Shown: positions 48,301 through 60,730 of the stretch, piece after piece
Numbering within the stretch: the stretch's first letter is position 1
Layout of the letters: the number at the start of each line of letters is the position of its first letter
Source: Podarcis bocagei
Lineage: Eukaryota
NCBI GenBank assembly: GCA_964188305.1
Contig: OZ076887.1
DNA: 64,000 nt
Reading direction: 5' to 3' (one strand)
The notes under the pieces: model-generated
The model's input: the letters and a program-made list of their open reading frames with translations, nothing else
The model's database searches: none
Told to the model about the DNA's origin: nothing
Program-made: the position numbers and the translations under genes

Positions 48301-49305
48301 TGTTGGGAAACTGGTTTGTATTTGTAAAACACTTTTGAATTGCCTATAAGCAATTTAAAATAGAATAAAAATATCTCCTGACTCAAGATTAAAATCACCC
48401 AATTTGATGGGCTTGTGGGTTTTCAAACTTGGCGATTTTCCTAATTTGTCTTTAAAACAGATCCTGCATAAATTTCACCCAAGCTCTATGCAATCTGCAC
48501 TGTGAAGCTTTCTTTTCTGATACGTCCCTAAGTGCAAGAATGATTGCACTTCAGGCATCCCAAGAAGCTTCCCTATCAAGCTGAAAGCTCATCCCAGCGT
48601 GATACTATCTGTGACTTCATGTGTCACCAGAAGTGCTCTTTGAATAGGAGATGATTGCATCTCCATATTGCGTCTTTCTCTGAACCGCCTTCATTTCTTG
48701 AATGGAACTTGAATTATTCACTCATGCATTTATAATTTAATTTATCTCCCTTAAAATGAAGTGCTGAACAGGGCTATTATGCAAAAGCGATATCAGTTCC
48801 TGAGAAGTTGCGTAATGCTCTTCATTTTGTTTTTTTACGTGTGCCCCTCAGAAAAAAATGTCTCGTGTTTTCGTTTTGACAGATATGTGCTACTTCTGGC
48901 CTCCATAATGGAAACCGAATATTGTTTTTAGCTTGAGTGAATTTCTACAATAATGCTTCAGATGCAAGTTTAGGCATTTGTATCTCTGTACCATCCCCAA
49001 TGTGCATAGGCCTTCTGACAGAAATGGGTTTGACATGTAATGCCTATCTTTAAGTAATAATTTGTAATGCAATTTTCTGTCATTTGGAGCTCAAACATAG
49101 TGTTTGAAGTAGTAGAGTTGGGTACTTTGGCACCCTCTGCAAGGCCAAAATTTTGTGGGTGGGGCCCCAGCCCTTACGCTGCCTTCCCAAAGGTGGGTAA
49201 GGAGGCACCCAGCGTTGCAAAAGAGGCATGAGGGCTCTGGCAGTGTCCTAGAGCCCTCCCATCTGCTTAGCACTAACTAAGCTTTGGAAAGGACATATGA
49301 GGACT

Positions 49306-49582
49306 GAGAGCCAGTGTGGTGTAGTGGTTAAGAGTGGTAGACTCGTAATCTGGTGAACCAGGTTCGCATCTCCGCTCCTCCACATGCAGCTGCTGGGTGA
49401 CCTTGGGCTAGTCACACTTCTCTGAAGTCTCTCAGCCTCACTCACCTCACAGAGTGTTTGTTGTGGGGGAGGAAGGGAAAAGAGAAAATTAGCCGCTTTG
49501 AGACTCCTACAGGTAGTGATAAAGCAGGGTATCAAATCCAAACTCCTCCTCCTCCTCCTCCTCTTCTTTTTCTTCTTCCTCC
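49306..49582 (+). mobile_element. tRNA-derived squamate SINE (Squam3/CORE-like) with (CTC/CTT)n tail
   Basis: A and B boxes; homologous to 26054-26272. Confidence 0.88.
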
Positions 49583-50601
49583 TATGAACTGTAGTCAAGA
49601 ACAAACCTTAGCTTGGCATGCTGTATTGAGTGAACCAGGCCATTATCATGAGAAGTGAAGGAGCTAATATTCGACTTCACATTTGTTCATTTTAAGCTAA
49701 AATGTGTAGCTGCTAGCAAAGTAAAACTCTTTAGCTTCTTTTCATAGTATGTAATCACACCTATGAGTAATTAATGGTTCTGTTTGCCAAATGTCATTTC
49801 CCCCCCAGAGGGCTAATTGGAGTTGCATGGGCTTTTGTATTGATCCTTGCCTGTGGGAAGACCACTGCATTGATTTATTGCAAATTGTTATCAGCAGCTC
49901 AGCTGCTTTTTTTATACTTTATTTAGCTGATAATGTTCCTGGTAAGTGCTGAATTGTTGATCTATAAAGCATCATGGGTGTTCTTTAAAAGGCTTGCTTC
50001 CACCTGTTTAAATCAAATCTGGTTGTCACTTCGCAAATGGGGGAAAAATGGTTCATTTTAAGTGGCAAATAAGCATGAATGGCATGTGGAATAGGAATGA
50101 GCGCTCTAACTAATGCTCCAGCTAATATTGTTACAAAGCAATGTTTTTGGACTGACAGATTCAGACTAGAAAATACAGATGTAAAAAACATAGCTTATTT
50201 GCATTTCAAAGAGACTTGCCAGGACCTGCGCTATGCTATGATGGTGTATTGTCAAGATGTTGCAGATTGGCCCAATAATGTACTCCCCTGAGGTTGTATT
50301 GAGTAAACAACTGCTGAAAAAACCCACCAGGAAGACATTTGAATGTGGTTGGTTTTGAAGTTTATTTTGCAAAATCCAGAGTACACATCCCCACCCATGC
50401 TGCTTCTTGTTTTACCATGTGTTCGCTGCAGGATTACTGAACATTCATGGCCACTGTTGGTACAGGGGGGCATGCATTGGGCTAATTTGATGAAATCTTA
50501 CTAGAAGAAGAAACAAAAGATCACTCTCACCATGATTTAAAACATTCCTTATAGAAAGCAGTACAACAAATGAACATTTGGGGTGCTTATACAATGAATG
50601 T

Positions 50602-50976
50602 GGAGACACAGGTGGCGCTGTGGTCTAAACCACTGAGCCTCGTGGGCTTGCCAATCAGAAGGTCAGCAGTTCGAATCCCTGCAATGGGGTGAGCTCCCGT
50701 TGCTCTGTCCCAGCTTCTGCCAACCTAGCAGTTTGAAAGCATGCTGGTGCGAGTAGATAAATAGGTACTGCTGTGGCAGGAATATAAACGGCATTTCCGT
50801 GCCCTCTGGTTTCTTTCACGGTGTTCCGTTGTGCCAGAAGCGGTTTAGTCATGACCCGGAAAGCTGTCTGTGGACAAACGCCGGCTCCCTCAGCCTGAAA
50901 GTGAGATAAGCGCCGCAACCCCATAGTCGCCTTTGACTGGACTTAACCATCCAGTGGTCCTTTACCTTTTTAACCT
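50602..50976 (+). mobile_element. Sauria SINE
   Basis: 12-bp TSD TACAATGAATGT; same subfamily as the 35.3 kb and 60.2 kb copies. Confidence 0.93.
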
Positions 50977-51395
50977 TACAATGAATGTATATGTCAGAAT
51001 GCCAGGATAAAAGAGAAAGGGAAGAGAGCCATGTATACCACCTCCAGGTGCTCAGAGGAAAAGGTGAGATAAAAATGAAATAATCAATATAATAAATCTC
51101 CCTAGAATCTGATCAATTGCCAAGGGAATTTTTTGACAACTTACATGACAGTTCCTCTAATTTCTCAAAACTCTTAGCAGTCAGCAATGCTTGTCTTAAT
51201 CCTGTATAGTACGTCAAATTATCTGCATACTGCAAATAGGAGGCCAAGGCAGAGAAAAAGTAGCCTAACCAATGCTGCCTAATGTGTTTATGACAGAGGT
51301 GAGATAAAAGTTTAAACCAAGGACTTTCTGGCAAACGAAAATAGAAATTAAGAATGGCAGTTTGAGTTCTTATTCTGAAAATCATATAACTAGTA

Positions 51396-51575
51396 CATGG
51401 GTAGGCAAACTGTTTTTACATGAGTAGAATGTGTGCTTTTATTTAAAATGCATCTCTGGGTTATTTGTGGGGCATCGGAATTTGTTCATTTTTTTTTTCC
51501 AAATATAGTCCGGCCCCCCACAAGGTCTGAGGGACAGTGGACCAGCCCCCTGCTGAAAAAGTTTGCTGACCCCTG
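51396..51575 (+). mobile_element. hAT MITE, family A (internal deletion)
   Basis: Family A TIRs; perfect TSD AACTAGTA. Confidence 0.92.
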
Positions 51576-51705
51576 AACTAGTATAAGCTTATTTATAGAC
51601 AGATCATGTTGTGTTCTGAGTGAATTAGTGGGTTATGTGGGCTTATGGAAAAAAAAAACCCACTCCCTACATTTGAAAATAAAAAAAAAATCATTCTAAT
51701 AGCTA

Positions 51706-52040
51706 CCGTACTTTCCTGTGTATAAGATGAGGTACCCCCCCCCAAAAAAAAAGTAATGTTTAAAAGTGGTCAGTGCTTTTTGGCGATGTGTGATTTGTTG
51801 CTTCCACTAGCCTGAGATTGCCAGGGGTGTCATTCATTGGTGGCTGCAAGAAGGGCTGGTGTTGATTTTCTGTCGCTGCGGCTTCTGGCGGGTTTAGCAG
51901 CACATGCTACAACTCTGGGGGCAATCCTCCGCAAAAAAAGCTCAACAACTCTGGGCAATCTCCCCTCATTTTCTTAAGTTTGAGTCCCCCAAAATAAGGG
52001 GGCATCTTATACTTAGGGGCGTGTTATACATGGAAAATAT
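51706..52040. mobile_element. Tc1/mariner (pogo/Tc2-like) non-autonomous element
   Basis: TA-CCGTACTTTCCTGTGTATAAGA ... GTTATACATGGAAAATA imperfect TIR; right terminus eroded. Confidence 0.7.
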
Positions 52041-52077
52041 TTCATGCATTTCTCACAAATCAATTTATCTTTTAGCT

Positions 52078-52325
52078 CAGGGGTCAGCAACCTTTTTCAG
52101 CCTTGGGCCGGTCCACTGTCCCTCAGACCATGTGGTGGGCCAGACTATTTTTTTTGGGGGGGGGGCGAATTCCTATGCCCCACAAATAACCCAGAGATGC
52201 ATTTTAAATAAAATGACACATTCTACTCATGTAAAAACCATGCTGATTCCTGGACTGTCTGTGGGCCGGACTGAGAAGGTGATTGGGCCACAGCCGGCCC
52301 CCAGGCCTTAGTTTGCCTACCCCTC
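52078..52325 (-). mobile_element. hAT MITE, family A
   Basis: Reverse complement of 4342-4599; TSD TTTTAGCT / TTTTAACT. Confidence 0.9.
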
Positions 52326-55300
52326 TTTTAACTATTTGGAAAGTGGAAATCTTTTAACTTAACTCCGTTTTAAAAGTGCAGACTTTTAACTCTAACAAGT
52401 TTTTATTAATTTGTCCCATGCTTGCTTACTCGGGATAGTAGAAGCAGAGAGTATAAGGAATCTGATGCATAGTTTCTAAGCTGTCTCCTCCAACACCCCT
52501 GACCTTGAATATAAAAATGCAATTATCATCAGAGTATTGTATAATTTTAGCTACCAATATGTTTACCTCCCCTCGCCCCCCGAACCTTCAAGTTTTCCTC
52601 TGTAGTATAGACGGCTTTGGGTTATTTATATTCATGTTTCCACTTCATTGCATAGATTCAGGAGTACATCCCCGCCTGATCACAGAATATTTTAACTCAT
52701 CCATCAATGAAAAAAGATGTTGTGTATATCTAGATTATATAAAAAGAACTTATATTTTTGTGTGGATAGACCATTTTAACATTTGTGTGTTCCAGCGAAA
52801 TGAAAGCTTATTGTCTTGAGGGAGGAAAAAAGCTATGGGAGGAAAAAAACAGCACCCCATAATTCAAAGGACAATGATCATCAGTGTAAGGCTATATCTC
52901 TCAGAAGAAAGCACCAACATATTCCTCATTGTGTTCCAACAAAGCTTAATTAATTATGTGAAGCATTTATCATGCTAATGAGCTGTTTAAGGAGCTAAAT
53001 AAATAACAAGGTGTGTGTAATTAAATCACTGTTTTACATTAACTGTACTGCATTAGCTTGCAGGGACCTTAAGCCATCTATTATATTCTGGGTGAAAATG
53101 TGCTCAGTAAAATACAATAGTGTTGCCCAAAGTGTTCGTATGTAGCTATGCTCTACCTAACGTTATCATTGTTGAGATTAAAGAGGCCTAGTTCAGCCAT
53201 TCACACACCTCAATCCTATGCAAACCTGCCTGGAAATATCCTCCCTCCTACCAACTTCAGTGGGATCTGCTCACAATGTGGTTTGCATAGCATTCCAGCC
53301 TTAAGCATGCATACTGCATAATGCTTGCACCACAGATCTTTGGCATGCAAACATCAGCACTCATGTGGAAAAGCACAGGGGGGAACTGTCCTTTAAATGA
53401 GGCCACAACTGTGTGGAGTCTCTGTATTGAGAAGTTCTTTTCATGCAGCTAATTTAAATGAGATCATGCACACTTACTGTTGCAATTTGTATTTTGAGAA
53501 GAGCTATTGTCATAGGTGTGCACAGAGGGTGTGCCAAGGGCCGGCACACCCTAATTTATATATATTTAATGGGGATTGTGGCAAGGAGGAGAGAGGATGG
53601 AATGGGAGGATGGAAGCAGACACAGAGAGATGCAGGCAGAATTAAAAGGCTGGGATGAATCTGCAGCTTCTGCCTTCATCTGTCTCTGGGGTAATTGTCT
53701 CCAGCAGCGACAATAAAGGAGGATGTCCCTCTTTCTCCTTTACTGCTGCCTCTGGAGCCAGTCACACCACTACCACTTCCAGATCCATTTCAGCCATTTT
53801 CTTTCTGCCTATGTCTGTCTCTGTCTCATGCCTCTATTTCCATCTGAGCTCCTCTCACTGCCTTTTGTAGAGGCTGGATATAACTATAGCAAAAAAACAA
53901 ACCAACAGTATTTTGTATCTCATTTTTTGGTTCGTATCTTTTTAGTAAAGTTTAGTTTTTAATTTAAAAGTTTAGTTAATTTTTCTAGTCTGGTCGATGA
54001 AGAAAAATATTCAAAATGAGTATGTATTCAATAAATGTTTACCATAAAAAAAATTCCCTGGGTGCATACCCTAATTAAATGTGCTGTTCCTACGTGTGTG
54101 TGTGTGTGTGTTTTGGAAGGAAGGTAGTAAAAATAGTAGCAGCAGCATTTATGTAGAGACTGCAAAGTGTGCTACATACATTATCTTGATATACTACTCT
54201 CAACAGCCCTTAACTCTTATTAGGTGATGCTAAGAGGGTTATCTTCCCTGAGTCCACTTAGTCTGGATGAGTGCATGGACAAGATTCAAAGTGGACAGTA
54301 CCTGATTTGTAGCTACACATTAAACTCTTAGCCACTGTGTTTTACAAGCTCAGTAACAAATAAATATTTATTGGTTAAAGTACTAATCTTTAGTTTCTTC
54401 ATTTCTAATTCACTAGTGAAAGTTGGTGATGTATTTGATGTTAATGTATCTTGTATTTGATGTTAATCTTTCTTTTCACCCCTTCTGCAAAGAATCTGTG
54501 ACACTGGCCATAAAGAATCTATGGAGAAATGTTTCACCGCAAAAGTTGGGCCAAAACCTCATTAACCAAATGGTTAATAAAGTGTTTTGGGACCAAAGTT
54601 TAAAGTCCCGAATACTTCAAAAGTATTATGAGATGGTTGTCACAAGAAAGGTCTTAAAATAATCATATATATAAAATCTTCTTAGTGTGTCAACCAGATA
54701 GTTGCTGGATTTTGAATTCCCACAAATATCGGTGTCAAACCTGTTACTCATTCTGGAATATAAGATTCCTTATAGCTGTCATATGTGACCCAGAGTGTAA
54801 GCTGGCAGGCAAAGCCTAGGTTTAAATTGTTGTACAGAGCTTAGCAATTTTAGATGCTTAGAAAATAAGTAATAACTTGGTGTGTGTATTTGTTCAGCCC
54901 ACAGTCTGAGGATAACAGAAGCAGCTATGGGTTTGAAACATAGCTTATGTCTGCACAAGTATTCTGTCAAAAGCTCCAAATAGTCTAAAGTAATCTACGT
55001 AATTTAGAGGTTACAAACACATTGATGACAAATGTCAGGCTGTAACTGTCTTACCAACCAAAATTGGTCAAAGGCACTCCTAGCCACCAAAGTCCTCTGG
55101 GCCTCTAATAACAGAAATAGATTCAAAAGCACCCCTAGACAGAAAATCACACCCTTGTCCCACCTGATCATACCCCCTTGGCAAGTTTTGAAGTAACATG
55201 ATTGACTGTATTGTCACAAGCGCCCTGTCCGTGCCATCATCCTTCATCAGCTGAAACTGTTTATGTAGTGTTGCAGGAGATGGTGCACAGAACACCTCAC

Positions 55301-55396
55301 TGAATACTGCAGTGAATGTGGATTGCTATGGAGGCAAGCGGCTTTCCCCTCTAAATACCTTGTTTCCAAAGGGTCTAAAACTCCATTGCCTGGAGT

Positions 55397-55782
55397 CTTC
55401 TTCGTTGGCGATCAGTCGTAGCCGAGTAAGATTGTCTTCCATGAACATGGTTTTAACAGTGAGTCCGTAAATGACTGTGGGAGGCCAATTCTGGATCCAC
55501 ACGCCCTTCCACAGTGGGGGCATAAATTTCCGGGCAGGAGTTGATTCTGGTGGGGGTTTGCCAGTCGTCCCTTCCTCTTAGCGTATTTCTCCCTTTCGTC
55601 CTGAGTTCCAGCGTCTTCAAAACCCACAATACCTTTGGTAAAGACTGTTCTCCAGTTGGAGTGCTTGCAGGCCAGTGTTTCCCAGGTGTCGGTGTTTATA
55701 CAAATTTTTATTAGTTGCCTTCAGAGAGTCTTTGAACCTCTTTTGTTGACCACCAGCATTACGCTTACCATTTTTAAGTTTG
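55397..55782 (-). mobile_element. RTE-clade LINE 3' fragment (non-Bov-B family)
   Basis: C-terminal zinc-finger CPHCGRACGSRIGL; (GAA)n tail; 10-bp TSD TGCCTGGAGT. Confidence 0.85.
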
Positions 55783-57380
55783 GACATTTACTCTGCCTGG
55801 AGTAAATGTCAACAGACCCTGGGCAATATAAAACAGCTCTGTTGAGGATGCAGTGGACACAGAGAAGTTGGCTGCCCTGTTTAGGATCCTGTAACTACTA
55901 CAAACATACATGGCTTTATTACTGAATCCTTAATTTTGGTGGCAGGAAAGTTCTAAAAGATTGCCGTCATTAAATGTAGGCACCTGCTAAGGTGTGGGTA
56001 TTTCATTTAATCATAACCTGTGCATGTATTTATGTGTTTGTGTGAGTTAATAAAGCATAACTTTTAAAAATGTTTTTACAGAAAAGTGTCAAACCCATTT
56101 TTTCATGTTTGCATTGATTTTTACACCTGCAAGCAAACTGCTGAATCAGAATATGTTGCAGTAATAATAGTTTATTGCTCTAAGGCACTAACATCTCTTA
56201 TAAATATATTCACGATTGCCTCATAAATCTGCTAAATTTTAGAATGGCTGTTTCTATGTTTTATTTAGTAACAGCATGATTAAGGAATTTAGTCAATATT
56301 AACAAACCTTTAAAAAATGTACCTTGTAAAACATCCACGATTTGGAGGTGGGAGTCAAAGCTTAGTTGCATTTTGAACAGGAAACACTAGGGCCATGCAA
56401 ATATTCTCTGCTCCCAAGGGAGCTTTAGGCTCATGCTTATTCAGTAGCAGCCTCCACTGCCACATATTACAAAGGAAAGATCATTCAAAAGTAGTTTGCA
56501 TGGTCTGAGTGTATTGTTGAAAGAATTTTGTTTCATTTTTTTAAGAACTCACCATTGAGCATGCTAGGCTGTCCCTAAATCATCTATTTGGATCTAGGTA
56601 CATTTTTTATATAATTCTATGGAACATACAATATAAACATAGTAAAGTATACTGTGCTTTTTGCCATTCAGATGGCACTGAGATGATCTATTGCTAACTG
56701 AAGAAAAATATATTGCAGTGATGTATCCTTTCCTTTCCCCCTAGCTTGTAGATTCTGCTCTGTTTTTCTGGCAGATTTTTATGATAGGCAGCTCCTAACT
56801 TTTTAGGAGCATTTGGTTGTGGGTGATTGGCTATCTGTCGGCTATCTTCTTTTTTAGTTATAATCTGCCCTTGATCATATTTGCGGATGTTTTGATGTTG
56901 TTTTGTTTTTAATTGATAATAGCCACTTTGGGTATCTCCAAAGCAAGGGTGCAAACATGAACATTGGTTTTGCATCAGTGGAGAGAAGTTTACTAAACGA
57001 TCTTCCAATTTCAATACTATGCTTATAGTGAACTACCTCCTAAAGGATCCCTTCAAGAGCTTGCTGCTGTTGTTCAATGCTTGCCTCTAGTTCTCATATC
57101 ATCCATTACCCCTTTGTGCTAGTTAATCTCCAGTACTTGTGCATCACACCCAGGTGACCTGTGCTGCTGAGTTCCCTCCCAGAACTACTATCATTTCCAG
57201 AAGCTGCCAGTTTATGGCCAGTGGGCGAAAAATGTGGTTTGTGTGTGTCCCATCAAATCACTCCAAAACCATCCAATTTTTGATCTGATACTGGATTACC
57301 AATGGTGGGGCAGCCACAGGGTGAGAAAGCTTCATAGCTTTTCAGTGAGAATCTTCAGTAGTGGAACTCTATTTCTGCAT

Positions 57381-57770
57381 AATAAAAAAAATCCTTCCAG
57401 TAGCACCTTAAAGACCAACTAAGTTAGTTCTTGGTATGAGCTTTCGTGTGCATGCACACTTCTTCAGATACACTGAAACAGAAGTTGCCAGATCCTTCTA
57501 TATAGTGAGAAGGTGGGGAGGGGTATTACTCAGAAGGGTGGTGGGAGTGGGTGATTGGCAGATAGGTGTGGTAAACCTGTTGACGACTGTTAACGACTGT
57601 AATAGGTCTTACAGGAAAAGGCAAGGGGTGAGAAGGTGAGAAATGGCTTAGTCATGTATAATGAGATAAGAATCCAATGTCTTTGTTCAGACCAGGTCTC
57701 TCCATGGTTTTAAGTTTGGTAATGAGTTGCAATTCAGCAGCTTCTCTTTCCAGTCTATTTCTGAAATTCC
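57381..57770 (-). mobile_element. Penelope-like element 3' fragment with GIY-YIG endonuclease C-terminus
   Basis: Minus-strand translation NFRNRLEREAAELQLITKLKTMERPGLNKDIGFLSHYT* (stop 57652-57654); 14-bp flanking duplication ACTCTATTTCTGCA. Confidence 0.9.
57434..57471 (-). ncRNA. Minimal type-I hammerhead ribozyme
   Basis: GUAU-CUGAAGA-A-GUGUG(CAUG)CACAC-GAAAGCUC^AUAC: conserved core, stems I and II, palindromic AGCU in place of stem III. Confidence 0.82.
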
Positions 57771-58896
57771 TGCAGAGTTTATTTCTGCACTCTATTTCTG
57801 CAGAGTGGGAAGTTTGCAATATTTGCAATAGCCCCTTGGACTACAGGACTGGGTCTTCAGTCTGGTTATAAATCTGTGCCTGGGCTCTGCAAGTTCAGGT
57901 GGAAGGTCTGGGGGAGGTTTCACAGTTTTAAAAGCTCCCTGATGCATTCAGGGATCATTCCCCAATGGCAAGGAGTGGGGAGTTTATGTACAGCAGGTTA
58001 CGTTCTTCAGAACTTCCAAGAGATGGAGCAAGGGATACAGTGATGAGAGTGGGAGAAACAACTTTGGTCCTGCTCTGTCCCTAACACAATGCTAATCGTG
58101 CAATATAATAATGCCTGAATAGTGTTAGAGTTTGCCCATTAGTCTGAGCATTTCATTTTGAGCATGATGATTCTGCTTGCATTCCTGCTTCTGTTTCCAC
58201 ACTGCTGCCTCAGATCTTGCATAACATTGACTACTGTGCGCCTGCCTCTAGCCCCTCTGTTTTGTGTGGCAGACTATATATTTTCTCATGTTGCAAATCT
58301 ACCCCCAACACAAACACTTAAAGCTTTCCGACTTTTCTGAAAATAAAGATGCTTCTGAAGATTATCAATATCCTTTATGAACTTACATTTTTTTGCATAT
58401 AAAATCTCCCAAATAATGTCCCTCCAGAAGCAATTTTTCCTTCCAGATCATAAAAGGGAATTTGAAAAATGCATCCATACATGACTTGTGAATCTTCATT
58501 CCAACAATAAGCAGCATATGACTCCTATTCAAAGCTTGTTTCATGCACAGAAGAGCCAGAATTCTTGATAAAGTCTTGTTACATGGATGTAAGTTTCAGT
58601 AACATTAGCAAGTTCTAGTACTAATGAGCTGCTAAAGGAATAATAAGTTCGGTAAGCTGTGTTTGTTGCAGCTAATGAGGGTAGAGAGGTCTGACTTTTG
58701 AGGGAAGTTGCAGTAATTGACTTAAAAATAGTAGAATTGTCCCTGTGGTTAGTTTGACAGAGGCAAAAGTTCCTTCCTATTTCTATCATTTTAAAAAATG
58801 TTTGTACTTTATTATGTGCATGATCTGACTCTTTCTGAAGTTATGGGTTCTTAGTTGCATTAGGAGATTTTGATTGGGAGTAATGGTACCAGGAAT

Positions 58897-59257
58897 GGGA
58901 CGTGGGTGGCGCTGTGGGTAAAATCTCAGTGCCTAGGGCTTGCCGATCGCATGGTCGGCGGTTCGAATCCCCGCGGCAGGGTGAGCTCCCGTCTTTCGGT
59001 CCCAGCTCCTGCCCACCTAGCAGTTCGAAAGCACCCTTAAGTGCAAGTAGATAAATAGGTACCGCTTTATAGCAGGAAGGTAAACGGTGTTTCTGTGTGC
59101 TGCGCTGGTGCTGGCTTGCCAGAGCAGCTTCGTCACGCTGGCCACGTGACCCGGAAGTGTCTCCGGACAACACTGGCCCCCGGCCTCTTAAGTGAGATGG
59201 GCGCACAACCCTAGAGTCGGACACGACTGGCCCGTACGGGCAGGGGTACCTTTACCT
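58897..59257 (+). mobile_element. Young Sauria SINE (CpG-rich)
   Basis: 14-bp TSD TAATGGTACCAGGA; ACCTTT tail. Confidence 0.94.
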
Positions 59258-59357
59258 TAATGGTACCAGGAGTTACAGATGTTGGAGGGAGTTTGTAATT
59301 GAACATTCCCCTTCTTGAATGGAGGTGCAACTTAGGATCCATGCCTGTCTGTTTGTG

Positions 59358-59367
59358 TCTGTCTATC

Positions 59368-59406
<39 letters not shown>

Positions 59407-59418
59407 CATCCATCCATC
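59358..59418. repeat. (TCTA)n(TCCA)n microsatellite
   Basis: Read directly. Confidence 0.95.
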
Positions 59419-60170
59419 GTGATGTTCAAAGTTCTTACTCAGGAGAAGCCAGCTGGAAAACCCACAGAAGTTACTATGTTTTTAGAAACTTGTGAAACCA
59501 TGATACTTCTGTTTGAAGAGAGAGCTGTAAAGTTGCCAAGAGTCTTGTAATTCAGCTTGCATGTTTCCAATCACAGAAAGACTAACATTTCTTTTTCCTT
59601 TGCCTTATGTCAATCAGTCATTTGGGATAAATTTTAGAGGCATTATGCAGGAGGTACAAACACATACCCTCTTGTCTCTTAACCAAATTTAAGTGCATAC
59701 CTCCCAAGAATCACTTTGAAATATTACTCTCAATTTAGCTCGTTGCTGCAGGTGTCAAGCAACAAATTTCAGATCCCGCTTGTGCTGACATTTGCTCTCG
59801 GGGAGAAGGAAATTAGATTTCTACTAGTCTGAAACCAGAAACAAATGTTAGAACTGAGAGCAGTTTGTTTGAGCTTCAAGTTATAAGATTAAAAAAATAA
59901 TAATGAAGGCAATTTTAGAAGCCTTTACCTTTGCATGCAGGGAAAGTGAAACCAATTATTTCATTTCGAAACTAGCTGGTTAATAAAAGTAAGTGTATTT
60001 CAAACAATAGGCTTAAGATTCGTGGAAGAAACCCAGTTTCTGCTTAACCTATTAGCATATTTACAGTAGGGAAAATGGACAGGAGATTGGATGTGTGCCC
60101 AATAATGCATACAAAATAAATAACGATAATGAGTCATTTGTAAAATCTAAGCTTTCATAAATGACTAGTG

Positions 60171-60600
60171 AAAAAAGTAAAGGACCCCTGGATGGTTAAG
60201 TACAGTCAAAGGCGATTTTGGGGTTCCGGTGCTCATCTTGCTTTCAGGCCAAGGGAGCCGGTGTTTGTCCACAGACAGCTTTCCAGGTCATGTGGCCAGC
60301 ATGACTAAACTGCTTCTGGCGCAACGGAACACCGTGACGGAAACAAGAGCACATGGAAACACTGTTTGCCTTCCTGATGCAGCGGTACCTATTTATCTGC
60401 TTGCACTGGCATGCTTTCGAACTGCTAGGTTGGCAGGAGCTGGAACAGAGCAACAGGAGCTTACCCCGTCACGGGGATTCAAACTGCCGACCTTCTGATC
60501 GGCAAGCCCAAGAGGCTTAGAGACCACAGAGTCCCATTTTGTAGAACCAAGCAGGGAAAAAAAGGGACCAAATCTACCTACTACAGCGCCACCCACTCCC
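60171..60600 (-). mobile_element. Sauria SINE with rearranged 5' end
   Basis: Same subfamily as 35322-35711; foreign 46-bp segment at 60531-60576. Confidence 0.9.
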
Positions 60601-60730
60601 CTCCGAACTAGTATTTGCAGTATATCCATGTATGACTAGCATATGCAGCTATCAATAACACAGTTGTAATCAGACACTTGTAATCAGAAAGTGTGCCACT
60701 TGTGATCTCTGTGGATGGAAGACAGCTATG

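Noticed and set aside
49306-49380. tRNA gene
   Set aside because: The A and B boxes belong to a SINE head with a continuing SINE body; no cloverleaf is evident.
54490-54575. Possible plus-strand exon after a strong polypyrimidine tract
   Set aside because: No convincing donor site and no recognisable peptide.
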